From Camelus ferus (lineage: Eukaryota), in the NCBI RefSeq assembly GCF_009834535.1, contig NC_045697.1, positions 2,172,001 to 2,236,000 on the forward strand: a stretch of DNA of 64,000 nucleotides. The letters run 5' to 3'. Position numbers and translations under genes: made by a program. Each line of letters opens with the position of its first letter. Position 1 is the stretch's first letter. The notes below the pieces were generated by a model. That model did not search any database. It was not told the origin of the DNA and was given only the letters and a program-made list of their open reading frames with translations. Below are positions 36,505 through 49,475 of this stretch, piece by piece.

Positions 36505-37855
36505 TAGCTAAACGTCACTGGGCACTTTATGCCTTTTGATCCTACTGTAAATGGGACTGACTTCTCACTGTCCTTTTCAGACAGTTTGATGCTGGCGTAT
36601 AGAAAGGCAACTGGTGCTTGTATACTGACTCTGTCTCCTGTAATCATAGTGAACTTGTTGATTAGATCCAAGTTATTCTGTGGAATCTTTAGGGCTTTCT
36701 GCATATAAGACCATGCCATCTGCAAACAGATAATTCTCTCTCTTCCTTTCTGAGCTGGATGACTTTCACTTCTTCTTGCCTAGCTGTTCTGGCTAGAACT
36801 TCCAGGACTATGTTGAATGGAATCACCTGAGTTAAAAAAAAAAAAGGGTGCAAAGAACTTGAATATTTCTCCAAATATAACATGTAAATGGCCCACAGGT
36901 ACATGAAAAGCTGCTCAACACCTCGAATTATCAGGGAAATGCAAATCCAACCACAACGAGACGTCCCCTCACATGTGTTAAGAAGGTTATTATAAACAAC
37001 AGACAGAAGACGGCAATCGCTGGCGAGGGTAAGAAGGGAAGCCCTCACGCACTGTTGGCAGGAACGCAAATTGGCGCAGCCACTGTGGGAACAGTACAGA
37101 GGTTCCCCAGAAATTAAGAACAGAACTACTACGCGAGCTGGCGACCCCACCCCGGGTTATCCACTCTCCCAAGGAACTGGATTCGGGATCTTGGAGAAAG
37201 ATCTGCGCCCCCCTGTTCACTGCAGTGCTACTAACGACAGCCACGACAGGGGAACAACCTGAATGTCCAGCGAGACACACGGATAAAGAAACCGTGCTGT
37301 AGACAGACAATGGAATATTACTCAGCCTCAAAAAGGAAGAAGTCTTGCCATCTGTGGCAACACGAGTGAAGGTAAAAGACATCACGCAGAGAGAAACGAG
37401 CTGGACACGTCAGAGCAAACACTGCAACGTGGTGCCGCTCACACGGGGAATCGAACCAACCAAGCTCAGGGGACGCACAGGTGGAGCTGGGTGCCGGGGT
37501 GCGGGGGGCGGACAGGAGGGGCTGGTCAGAGGACGCAGTTCCAGCCACGCGACACGAGTAAGGACTGAGATGGAGTGCCAGTGCCGGGCCTGAGTCCGCA
37601 GTACCGTCCACCACTGGTGGTTACTAAGCTGTGCATTCACACACTTGCTAAGAGAGTCGGTCACGTGTCAGCTGCTCTTACCACACCTGCAAATAATACG
37701 CGAGGGGGCGCGAGGGCACCCTGGAGGCGACGGCTCTGCTTACAGCACAGATGATGGTGATGGTTCCACAAATATACACTTATCTCCAAATTCACACACA
37801 GGTACAGCCTTTTGGAGGTTCAGACCTCAATCAGACCTCAAAAAAAAAAAAAAAA
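36505..37855. mobile_element. LINE-1 with inverted 5' part: 36505-36822 (-), 36830-37855 (+)
   Basis: First block is antisense ORF2 (minus-strand peptide ...QKALKIPQNNLDLINKF...); second block is sense ORF2 3' end plus 3' UTR ending in an A run near 37839-37855. Confidence 0.8.
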
Positions 37856-40489
37856 GATAAACACCAAAACCAAAAAGTCACTGGGCACTGGTGTCCACCC
37901 AAGCCTCAGCCTCCAGCCATAGCTGCGCACTCTGAGCAGAGGCCTGGCGGTGGCCCAGCATTGACATGGGCCTGTCCCTGGGCGAAGACCTGAGAGCCAC
38001 CTTATTTGCAGAGTGGCCCACATAGGTGAGGGAGCTCCAAGGACAGAACACGGCCCTTCCCTACTGAAGATGCTGTGGGGATGGGAGTGTCCCTCCGCAG
38101 TCTGCCCTGGAGCAGAGGATGGGGGCTGGGGCAGATGACAGGGAAGGGAAACCAGCCGCATGCTCTCCCCCTGGACCTCCCACCTTGGAGACTGGCTTCA
38201 GCGCTGAGGTCAGTGTAGGAACTGCGTCCTGAGCACTGGAGCGGCACCCCTGTGACACCACACACAGCCACCCTGGGAACAGAGACACCTACCAGACCAC
38301 CCCCATGTGACGGTGGGTGCCGCCCACAGATGCACCCCTCCAGACATCTTCCCATGGCATCACCCAACCCTAGGGCTCTGTGAATAGCCCCCGGCCCCTC
38401 CCTGCTCAGGAGCCTTGCAACATGCTGGAAGATGACACAAGAGGCTAGGATCAAAGAGGAACTGCATGATTTCACAGGAGGTCAAGGTTTAAGATGCTGA
38501 GCTGTGATGAAGCAACACCAGGAGGTCCCTGGTCTGGTCTTATGGGAGGGGAGGCCCCCCATCCATGGCACCTGCGTATCAAGGGGGGATTCGCACCCCC
38601 CAGCCCAGAGAAGGTGGGCTGGACAGAGAGGGGAAGGCAAATGCCTTCACCAGCCTCCTTTCCGTCCCTGTGTCCTGTGACACTGTAACACACTAGCTAC
38701 CTAGACTAGGAGACCACTTTCTACTTAGGAAATAAACAATGTTTTCAGAGAGCTAACTGCGAAAAGAACAAAATCAATAGGTCCAGAACGCTGGCACAGG
38801 TGTGCCTTGCACCACCTTCCTCCTGCACGACGGCTCTGCGCAGCAGGAGGGCAGACCCTGGGCCAGGAGCCACCTGAGAGCCAAGACCAGCCAGCCTGTA
38901 TTCCAGGTCTGCCTACCTGCACGAGGCCGTCTGGAAGTGGGGAGGGCCCCGGAAAATGCCACTAGGCACAAACCCCACCACAGAGGCCCTGCACATCTTG
39001 TTCAGCAGAAAAGACTTGCATGTGCCACTGCAGAATTTCAGGGCTGAGGGGAGCAGAAAGGTCATCCAGTCCAAGGACTGTCTGTCCAAGGCCAGGACAG
39101 GGCTGGGGTCTCCGGAGAACAGCCAGGCCCTCTCGGACAGATGTGACCTGAGAGTGACCCAGCTCAGAAGTGGACTGAGCATGGGGTGAGTGTGGGGGGT
39201 CACGCAGGTGCAGCCCCAGGGTGGGTGAGCAGCCAGGCGTGAGGAGGCTGCCCAGGCTGAGAGACATAAAGCCGCATCAGGGCAGACAAGGCAGGACTCA
39301 TCCAGGACAGCCCTGCAAGCAGGAGGGGGTGTGGTTCATGGGCACAAGAGTGCATTTCCCAGGCACGACCCCCAGTTCAGTAAACCGGTTCCTCCCAGGC
39401 CCTGTGCCCCGCCCTCACTCCTATTCCTGGCTGCCAAATCCAGCAATGCCCCAGCCCCTCAAGAGCCCCCTCCCCCAGTACATCTCCCTGCCTCTCCAGC
39501 CCACAGTGCTCTCTCTCACCTGTGCAGACTCCACGCACAAAAAGGGCCCCTCTGACAACTGGCCCACCCCTGCAGGATCCTCAAGGACACTGGTCTGGGA
39601 ACAGCACAGAACCCAGAAGCTCCTTTAAGGGCCTGTGGGCATCCATCCTGCCCCCTCACAGCCCTGCAGTCTCCTCCCGCGCCCCTCCTGCAGACTTTGC
39701 CCCACCTCCACCTTTCTTCCCAGCCAGTTTCTCCTCTTTTCCAAAACTCAGTCTTACTTTGCAAACATCTAACTCTCCTAAAGGACTCAGGAATGCTTAA
39801 AACTGGAAGACTGGATCTAATGGATCCCTTCATTTTAGAGCTGAAGACACTGCTGCCCTCAGGGTTGGGGGCAGTTTGCAAATACCCATTTCACTAAAAA
39901 CAAGCCAAGCCTGACAAAGGAAGAGTTGTTATGTTAATGAGAAGGCCGCTGGTCCAGGTCACACACCAATTAGCAAATTGTTGGCCTAATTCTGCCTTCA
40001 ACGGCTAAGTGACCTTGGGGGTGCCCTTTGCCCTCTGGGCTTCGTTACCTTCAGCTCTGAAATGAGGAAGGTGGGATTTAGATCAGGAGAGTCTTAAGTT
40101 TCTGGTGTTCCCGCCTGAGCCCACCTCCCCTCCCCTCCCCATCTCCCCCCCACGCCCTAACTAACACGCACTGGCCTGCTCCAAGGTTCTGTCCTTGGAA
40201 GTGTCTTAGGCATCACCTGGTCTCCTTTTTTCTCCACTCAGGGATATGTAATGTGCGAAAAGGTGAAAACCTGCAAGACGAGGGACCTGAGATCTAGCCT
40301 GGGCCTGCCTGCAGGGTGGGGTCCTGGCCTCAGCTGCAAAGAGGCACAGTTCAAACTGACCGGGCAGCATTTCTGCCCAGGCACCAGGGCCTCCCCGGTC
40401 TCCGCCTGTCTCCCAGGGCCAGGTCCCTCCTCCCTGACGCAGGTGGGTAAGGGTACCCCACATCTACAACTGCCGGCGGGTCTGAGGCT

Positions 40490-41170
40490 ATCAGAGGCTC
40501 GAGGTCCCTGCCCCGCGGAACCCCGAAGTTGGAGACCCGGGTCCCGCGGATCCCAGGATTACAAGAGACCCCGGCCCCGTGGACCCCCGGGCTGCGCGGT
40601 CCCCAGGATTAAAGGAAGCCCCTGCCCAGCGGACCCCCGAGGCAGAGGCGGCCCGACCCCCGCTCACCCGCTGGGCCTTCTCCCACAGCTGGCTCAGCTT
40701 CTCCATGCGGAACTCCCCCCCGGGCTCGCGCTTCGACAGCGGCTGGGGCTCATTCTTTTCCCGCGAGTACTTGCCGCCATGGCCCGCAGCCGACCAGGGC
40801 CCGAGGAGGAGCAGCAGCAGCAGCAGCAGCGGCGGCGGCGGCGGCGGCCTGAGCTGGCGCAGCCCCGCTCGGACTCTCCGCGACGCCATCTTCCACCCTC
40901 AGACGCCGAGACCCCGGTGGCTGCGGGCCGGAAAAGGCCCCGGCCCGGCCCGGCCCGCCCCCAGGCCCCGCGCGCCGCCTCCTGGGAGTTGTAGTCCCTC
41001 CCCGCGCGGCTGGCCCAGGGGAGGCGGAGGGGGACTACAGAGCCCAGTAAGCCCTGCGGCGCCATGGGGGCGTCTCCTAGGCAACCACACTCGTCTTGTG
41101 CCGCCTGGCCCCACTGCCGGCGGTCCTGCCAGGGCGGCTGCCGACGGCGCTGCGGTTTGTCCGAGGCTTG
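40490..41170. promoter_or_regulatory. CpG island / promoter of LRPAP1
   Basis: Dense CpGs spanning exon 1 and upstream sequence. GC box near 40952-40961; ACTACAnnnCCCAG motifs at 40982-40995 (-) and 41034-41047 (+); RFX X-box-like GTCTCCTAGGCAAC at 41072-41085; no TATA box. Confidence 0.88.
40668..40889 (-). CDS. LRPAP1: LRPAP1 exon 1 (signal peptide and start of domain D1)
   Basis: gaagATGG Kozak context. Encodes MASRRVRAGLRQLRPPPPPPLLLLLLLLLGPWSAAGHGGKYSREKNE...FRMEKLSQLWEKAQR. Donor GTGAGC, 222 nt. Confidence 0.97.
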
Positions 41171-41289
41171 GCTGGAGAAGACCCAGATACCGAAATCGAA
41201 TTGACTGGAGGCTCCTTTCCCCTCTATTCCGTAGAAAGAGTAAACAGTTCAGAAATCGGAAGGGTGTGTGGCTGATACCTTAGACTGTT

Positions 41290-41838
41290 CTATGTCATCT
41301 GCATTGATTCTGAGTTTTCCTTGTATGGATGAAAAATGCTGCAGGCCTTCCCCGCAAAGGATGCTGTGGCCATCAAGCCGTCAGCCACTGCAGCTGCCCT
41401 GATGGTGAGCTGGAGGGAGCTCAGGATGGAGACAAACTGGCTGCCCGCTGCCAAGCCCTCAGCGTCTGCGGCCGTCTGTCCGCAACAACGTGCGCTGAGG
41501 GGACTCAGCGTGAGAAGCACAGAACACGGATAGCTAGGTGCACATTAAAGGAATGATTTCAGTGAGCTTAGACTTTTGCACCTTCCCATACACAGAAAAG
41601 TGCTAAATCCACTAACTTGAGATATCTAGTTTTCTTTAATTAACAATAATCTTTTGATGTTCCCACTACCTGGTCTTTGCTGCAAAACCCTCTATATATC
41701 CTGACTCCTCCCTTACCTCTTGGGAGCAGTCCTTCAGAGAGATCTGAAAGGCTGCCTTCCAGGCTTGACATCCTCACAAAGTCCGTGGAATAAAACATGG
41801 ATCTCCACTTTTAGATTGTGTGTTATTTTCAGTCAACA
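41290..41838 (+). mobile_element. ERV-type solo LTR upstream of LRPAP1 (5' boundary uncertain)
   Basis: AT-richer block with TATA-like ctctatatat (~41690-41699), AATAAA (41789-41794) and terminal ...ttcagtcaaCA. Confidence 0.65.
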
Positions 41839-44800
41839 CTTGTCATTGTGAACTCAGGGAGGTGGCCTCTGGTTGGCACCCCAGCATAAATGTCACTGCT
41901 GTCCAGAGTCTTGGCACCTCCTTCATGTGTCAGGAAGAATAGCGAGCAAGGCCCGGGAGTCCCAGGTGTCCTGGGCCTTTTCACTCCATCCCCTCTGAAG
42001 CTTCTCCCACCGTGACCCAGCTAGTGCCTGCACCCCAACACCCTCTTTGATCTGCGTCCCGAACTCTTATCTTCCCTGCACTTGTTCTGCATTAGAGATA
42101 TTTGTGTACCTGTTTCGTTTCTTCTCGCCTGCTATATTTTAGTCAACTGAGCACAAATGGATATAGCTGACTGATGGGGCCTGGGCCAGTGAGCTGGGCA
42201 GTGCCCTGGGGTAGAGCGGGACACGGGGAAAGAGAACAGAGAAGCAGATTGCTGCCCTCAAGTAGCTTATAGGGTCGGGTAGAGGCACCAACTACGTTCT
42301 TTGGGGCTTCAAGAAGGGGTAGGGTAAGCCTACCTGGTAAGGATGACCTGAAAGACCTCTGAGCATGCAGAGTGTGCCCGGGAGGGAGTGCAGGCAGGTA
42401 TAGGGGTCTCAAAAGAAAGAGACCCAGGCGTGTCTTTCTTGGCATAAGGAGCTTGACAGAAGGGGCTCAGAGACTGGAATCAAAGTCCTCTCAGGAGCCT
42501 TCACCTTGCGATGCCACCCCACCTTCCGCTCACCTGGCCACGCTGGCGTGCGCTGCCCACTGGTCTGCTGTAGGGGGACACACATAGTTGGCCACCCGTG
42601 ATGAAAGGCAAGGGGGTGACTAAAAGAGCGGTTTTCCGGGCCCGGGGAGGGGGAGGACGTGATGGAGGAGGCCCCAGAGACTGCTGGTCGGGTTGGACTT
42701 CTCAACCTGGGGTGGGGGGCACAGGGTGCGTCTTGCCATCATCCTGCCAGTTGGGCGCACGTCTTACCCACTCCTCATGTGCATTGCGTGTCACAGTAAG
42801 AAGTTTTCCTCTGGGCTAGTGAGTGCACTCAGCGTGGGGCCTGGCACAGAGCAGGTGCTCCGGGGGAGGCCGTCCCTACCCCTCAGCTTAACCCCCAGGT
42901 CGGACACTGGTTTTCAGCAACTGCCAACTTCCTTTTTCTCAGTTCAGGTCAGTGCCCCCCATGGCCCTCGCTGTGCCTGGCCTGGGCATCCTGGGCACTC
43001 GCTGTGCCTGCCTGCAAAGAGGACGAAGCTGTGTCGGCAGATGTGGCGCCGGGGAGCCTGTGACCGTCACGAGGGTGGACGGCACGGCTCTTGGCATTGC
43101 AGAAGTTGGGGGCACTCCAGCTGAATCCAGTGCCCGCTGCGCAAAGGGAAGCTGCCTTTGCTGGGCGCCTCTCTGAGCAGAGCAAAGTGCTCGTCTTGCG
43201 GGGCACAACATTCGGGATGGGTTCAGGCGAGGGAGTGTTTAAGGACCTGCTGACTGTGGCTGTTGGGGTGGGAGAGGCCACGGGACACTTCAGGTTTGGT
43301 GCCCGAAGCGTAGGTCGACTCCCAGGTTTCTCCTTCGGGAGACCAGATGGAGGGAGGGGCTGTTTCCAGAGCCAGAGAACCCCGAGGGGAGGATAAGTTT
43401 GGGGGAGGGGGGAGACACGATGGTGTGTCTAGTTTTGAACATCTTAAGTGCGAGGCCTCTGCAGGATGTCTGCAGGGCTCCCCAGAGGGCATTCAGCCAG
43501 ATGGACCTGGCACTGGGCACTCAGAAGGCGGGGCGAGCATGGAAGAGGCAGAGAGATGGAGGTCACTCAGGGAAAGAGGGCAGAGAGAGAAACTGGTGGA
43601 ATGCTCGGACAGTAGAGCACGGCGCGAGAGAAGATGCTTCCAGAGGACGCTGAAGTACAAGCAGTCCAGGAACCTCGGGGAATCGTGCTGCCAACTGGAG
43701 GGCGAAGAGCTTCAGTGTGGAGAGTGCCATCAGGGGCCAGAGCAAGGCCACCTGGGGGCTGGGCCACGCACGGGACGAGCAAGCCTCAACTCAGTGGACG
43801 ACAGCTCCTTTTGCCTGACCCTGGCCAGCCTCTCTGCACAGGTCAGATTCCCCAGGGCAGAGCCTCTCCTGGGTCCCAAAGGTGGTGTCTCCCCCATGAT
43901 GGGTGGAGAAGGGGGCATGATGGGAGAGAGCCGGGGAGGGAAGCTAAGGAGACTGGGGTCTCAGCCAGACACTGGCTCGAGCCTGACCCATGGGAGCTGG
44001 AGCAGGACCAGAACCCCACAGTCTGGACCACCCGAGGAGGGCCATTCTCTTCCCCCCAATAATCAGTGATTGGCTGAGGGCTGAGGAGGGCGTGACCTCC
44101 TGGACTGGCAGTTCCCCAGAGAGGGGGCCATTGTGAGCAGTGATGGGGAGGCTGTGCTCCGATGCTGGAGGAGTCTGGGTGGGCAGCAAGTGTATCCACT
44201 ACCCTCACCTGGAGACAGGTGGGGCTCCACATCGTGAGTAAAACCCCAGCTTCCTCTGGGATCCAGGAGGGTCCCTGCAGGAGGCCCGTCTCAGCCGGTT
44301 GCCCGCCTCTCACAGGAATAAGTGGGCAAAACCCTGCCCCTAGGTGCTTCCCAGCACCTGCCACCGGGGCCCCAGGACTCATCTCACTCTGCTTCTTCTC
44401 CTGTATGTCAGGTCCAAGTCTCCAGGCCAGCCTCATCCGCACAGCTCTGCACAGCCTTTCTCGGACCCTTCTCCTTGGTCCCCTGACTCCCCAAACCTTC
44501 CCACTGTGCCCTCTTGAGCCACGACACCCCCATGCCTTAAAGCTTTCGTCTGAACATCCCCTTGACCTTATTCTAACGGAAAACGGGTGCTCCCTGCCCT
44601 TCAAATACAGCATTACTCTCTAATACTCTCCCCCTTACTATCTTTGGTGATTTCAATTTCTTGGCGGATGAGCCACCTAAAACCCTGTTCTGCTCACCTT
44701 TGATGAACTTGACCACCAACCTACCCCAGCCACCCACTCCCGTGGTGACTGTCTGACCCACGACATGAATTCTACCTGCTCCCTGAACACGGCCTGCAAG

Positions 44801-45189
44801 CACCTACTCAGCAGTCACAGCACCTGTCTTTGCTGCTGACCTTCAAGGCCAAGAATCCTTCAGCCACTGGGATTTACTACTTTTTTACCGCTCATCAGCC
44901 CTCCCTGGTCCTTCTGCTCCCCTGCTAGCTGTTACAGTGCATACCCGACATTTTGGGGGGTGTCGATTCCCTCAAGCCTTCTTTTCATCACACCAGTAAC
45001 TCCAGTTGTCCCCCCAGGATATAGACCACAGACCAGCCTTTCTCTTGTATCCTTGTTTTGTGCTTCTGTCTTTTTCCCTCCTGGAGCATACATTGTTCTC
45101 TGAGAGCAGTGACTGTGTTTCCTGCATCTCTGTCTCCTGTTGCTCAGCACAGGGCAGGGCTCAGAGTTGGTGCTCAGTGAAGGTGTGTG

Positions 45190-45325
45190 GAATGGATTGA
45201 TGGGTGGATGATGAATGGATGAATAGATGGATGGGTGGATGGGTGGGTGGATGGATGATGACTGGCTGGCTGGATGGAAGGAGGGAGGGTGAATGGATGG
45301 ATGGAGGGAGGGAGGGAGGGATACA
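45190..45325. repeat. (TGGA)n-type simple repeat
   Basis: ggatgggtggatgggtgggtggatggatg... Confidence 0.9.
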
Positions 45326-46894
45326 TGATGAATTCTTCACTTGTTCCCAGCCTGGTCTTAGAATCTGCTGGCAAAGATAAGGGGCCATAAAGCCCTTGGT
45401 GATGATGGGGCAAAGGAATAGATGTCTTATACCGCCTTCAGTTCCAGGCCTGGGAGAGACTCAGGTGGGATCTGCTGGCTGATCAAGGGGGCTGGGGCTG
45501 GGGGTTGGGTGTTGGGGGAGAGAAGGCAGCTCGAAGTCTCCTTTTCTCGGCTCCAGATAGCTCCCCTCTCTCCCTTAATGTTCCTGCAGACTCTGGCATC
45601 CTGGTCCCAAGGGGCTGGGGGCTGGCCTGGAGCCTCTCCTGCCCAGGTGTGTACTGTGGTGGGGACATGGGGACTGGTCCCCTGCTCCCCTGCTCCCCCT
45701 GCTCCTGTGCCCTTCGCTCTCCCTGTGGCCTCCTGTGCTGTCAGACCCGGGAAGCATCTGGCTTGGGTACCCGGATCCTTGCTCAGCACCTCAGCCCTGC
45801 ACAAGGATGATTAACTTGTCCGTTTTAAACTCCTACTTGGCAATTCTGGCATGAAACTCCCACCAGGCTGAAACTTGGCACAGAACAGCAATCACTGGAA
45901 ACTCATTTTTAAAAGTTGCCATTTTTGTAAGTTCATCCTCCTTTGCGCTCCAGCCTCCCACAGGGAGATGCGCACTTAGGCACTGTCTGTAAAGCTTCAA
46001 CCTGGCGACACCAGCGTGCGGTTCAGCTGGTTCCGGGACCAGGCCCTCACTGGGCCAGGCTCGCCCTGCCGCCTGCCAGGCCGCCTGCCAGGCCCGCGGC
46101 ACTGTCCCCCACTGCTGGCGCCCGAGCGCTTCGGCCAGCTCTCAGTTCCCAGGGTCCTTCCTGTCTCGGTGGGCAGGCCACTTTCAGGGGCAGAGGGCTT
46201 TTCTCACCGATGATGTGAGCGGCCCCTTTTCTGATGACCAGAGTGACACGCACGGGACTCCTGGAAGGTCACACGCTTCCAGGGACTCAGCAGCCGCCTG
46301 ATGGGGACAGCATGGCTGGGCCTCCTGCTCATTAGGGAGGGAGTGAAGACCGCTGCGCCTCACAAGGGGTGGGTGGGTGTCTGGCATCCTGCTAGGAAGT
46401 GTCCTGTGAGGGCGGGGCTGCACACCCGTTTACAGAGGGGGAAATGACTGTTGAGAGCGGTGACAACATCGGTCCACGGTCAAACAGCGAGAAAGTGGCG
46501 GAGACAGGATTCGAACACGTGTTGGCCGATCTTACCTGAGACTCGAGGATTCTTCTTCCTCTCGCTCTGCTCCCTTCCCACCTCCATTCCTAGGGTCGGT
46601 TTCCATGGTATTTGCCATAAAGCCAGCGGTTCATTCATCCACTAAGCAAATCCTGCTGACCCTCACCGTGTATGGGGGTGGCTTCAGGCGCTGGGAACAG
46701 GAATGGATGCACCAGAGTGTCTGCCCTTGGGAGGAGGGGCTTCCAAGGCAGGTGCTTAGGAGAGACCACATCGCTCTGCTGAGCGGTCCCTGGGGGGAGT
46801 TGACAACCAGCCGTCTCATCACTAAGCGACCCGGCCTCCCTAAGCGTGCATCCCAGACCAGGTATTAGAAGAGTGCACTTTTTTTTCTTAAAAA

Positions 46895-47420
46895 GAAATT
46901 TTGTTTAATTGAAGTATAGTCAGATACAATGTGTCAGTTTCAGGTGTACAGCACAATGTGTATACATACATATATTCATTTTCATGAAAGGTTATTACAA
47001 GATACTGAATATAGTTCCCTGTGCTTTACAGAAGAAATTTTTAAAATCTATTTTTATATAGAGTGGTTAACATTTGCAAATCTCAAACTCCCAAATTTAT
47101 TCCCACCCCCTTTCCCCGGTGACCATAAGATTGTTTACTGTGTCTGTGAGTCTGTGTCTGTTTGTGGATGAGTTCATTAGTGTCCTCTTTTTCCTTTCTT
47201 TCTTTCTTTCTTTTTTTTAGATTCCACATATGAGTGATATCATATGGTATTTTTCTTTCTCTTTCTGGCTTACTTCGCTTAGAATGATGATCTCCGGTCC
47301 ATCTATGTTACTGCAAATGGTGTTATTTTATTATTTTTTATGGCTGAGTAGTGTTCCATTGTATAAAGATACCACAGCTTCTTTATCCAGTCCTCTGTTG
47401 ATGGACATTTAGGTTGCTTT
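46895..47420 (-). mobile_element. LINE-1 3' UTR fragment
   Basis: Aligns by eye with 23060-23550 ('ttagattccacatatgagtgatatcatatggtatttttctttctctttctggctta'). Confidence 0.85.
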
Positions 47421-48514
47421 CATGTAGAATAGTGCATTTTTCATTCAAGACTGGAGTCCTGTCTCTAAATGGGGTGCCTCTCCCCCAGGATGGCTCTGAG
47501 GGCCCTGAGGGGGGTGGGGCGGGTGGGGGTGCCCCACCTCCCTGGGCAGTGATCGCCCTTCTGTTTTTATTGCGGTCGTCCCCTTGCATCTCTCTACAGC
47601 GCCGACTGTGGCCCTGAACAGCAGCGTCTGGCTTGCACTTTGCACGCATGGACTTGTCCTGCATGTGCTCCTGGTGCCTTTTCTCCCCTCACCAACGCCA
47701 CATGTGTGAACTCTCCCTGCTCCCAGTAGCTCTGGCTCCCGTGTGCTCAGGGCTAAGTGGCCCACGGCTCAGGAACACGCTGCCCCTCCTTCATTTGGTC
47801 TGGTGATGACGGCTGCCTGGCTTGTTTCTGGTCCCTGGAAACTGCCAACAAGCTCTCAGGTGGACATGCTTGCATTTCCGTGGAACATTTGCCCAGGAGT
47901 GGAATTGTAGGTCCTATTGTCTGCAGGTCCACAGCTTCAAGTGACAAATCAAACTGACTATACTTTAATTTAAAAAATTAAATTAATAAAGTCAATCCTG
48001 TTTCCCCAGGTGGCCACAGGCATCTGTGCGCCCACGGGCAGCATGGACTGGGACGACCCCTCTCGGGTCTCCAACAATGCTGCCCTGACGGTGAGAGCAC
48101 TTCTCGGTCTGTATCCGCCATTCTGATGTCCTCCTTTGTGAAGTCCTCGAAACTCTTTTTTTTAATGTTGAAATTTATAATTTATTCCAAAAATATATTG
48201 TTCAACTTTTGCCAAAATAGTGTTAAAAATTAATACTCAATACTAATGAGGATGGAGTGAAACCGAAAACACTTTTTGTGGCAATAACATTAGAACTAGC
48301 CTTTGGAAAAGAAAATTGGCAATGTATGCTATGAGCCAAAAAATGTTTAAATTGTTGTTTAATTTGATAATTTTGCTGCTTAGAATTTTCCTCAGAGATG
48401 TGATCCAAAGAGATAATATATTATAAACTTACTCATTTCTGCAATAAGTCATTTATGAACGAAGTCCAAAGCAGCCGATATGCGTGATTACCTCTGGTAC
48501 AACCCCAAACTCTT

Positions 48515-48665
48515 ATATTCAATATCTTGTAATGACCTTTAATGAAAAAGAATATGAAAACGAATATATGTGTGTATATGCATGACTGGGACATGGTGCT
48601 GTGTGCCGGAAACTGACACATTGTAACTGACAGCACTGTGATTAAAAAAAAAAAGAAGAAGAAAT
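48515..48665 (+). mobile_element. LINE-1 extreme 3' end with A-tail
   Basis: 'caatatcttgtaatgacctttaatgaaaaagaatatgaaaacgaatatatg...gacacattgtaactgac' followed by ATTAAA and an A-rich tail. Confidence 0.8.
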
Positions 48666-49475
48666 TCTACCTTCCCAAATCATGCTCTTGTTTTGTCCTC
48701 CAGTTAGGAAGGAAGGGTTCTTTCTCCCCGTTTTTCAGATGAAGGCCACAAGGCTGGGGCAGGAACAAAGCCCAGGACCCTTGCCCCCAGCTCCAGTGCT
48801 TTCCCGTTAGCCTGGGGAGCCCCCGCCTCCCGCCCCTGCCACCTACCGGACTATGGGACCACCCACCTGGACCTCCAGACCTCAGGGCCTACCTGAGCTT
48901 ACCTGCGATCTGTCATTCCAGATTCCGGCGACCTTCTAAGCTGGTCCAGCAAGATTCCGACAGTGGGCTCTCTAAGGATGTGTTACTCGCCTAACTGGGA
49001 AGAAAATTACCTTATTGAGGCAGGGTGCTTGTGACAAGGGGGAAGGGTGGCTCTCTGAATCCTGGCTGTGCCACCTAGGTCCTGACCTGACCTTTCTGAG
49101 CCTCAGTTTGCTCCTCTGCGAAGGGGATGGGGATCCAGTCGCGCCCAGCCGCGGTGGAAAGCCCTCCAGACAACAGCGGTACGTCGGGTGCAGTGGGTCT
49201 GGGCGAGACTGCGGGCCCAGCCGGGGTTGCTCGGGCCCAGGACCGACTAGAAACAGGAATGCACAGCCCCCAGGCAGGGCAGGGACCCCTCAGGGTGGGT
49301 GGGGACCCAGCCTCCCCAAGGCTGTGCCCTTCCGGTGACCTGTCAGAACCATGCCTGGGAGGGAAGGCAGAGCCCAGGGCCCAGGGGGAGGCGGTTAGGC
49401 GGTTGGGGTGTGGGAACCCCTCCCCGAACCTGGAGAGACTGGGGCTCTGCTCACTGGCCGAGCCCTTCCTGGGAA

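Noticed and set aside
44600..44670. Short 'TIFGDFN' endonuclease-like motif
   Set aside because: Probably an ancient LINE (L2/CR1) relic; too short and degenerate to call.
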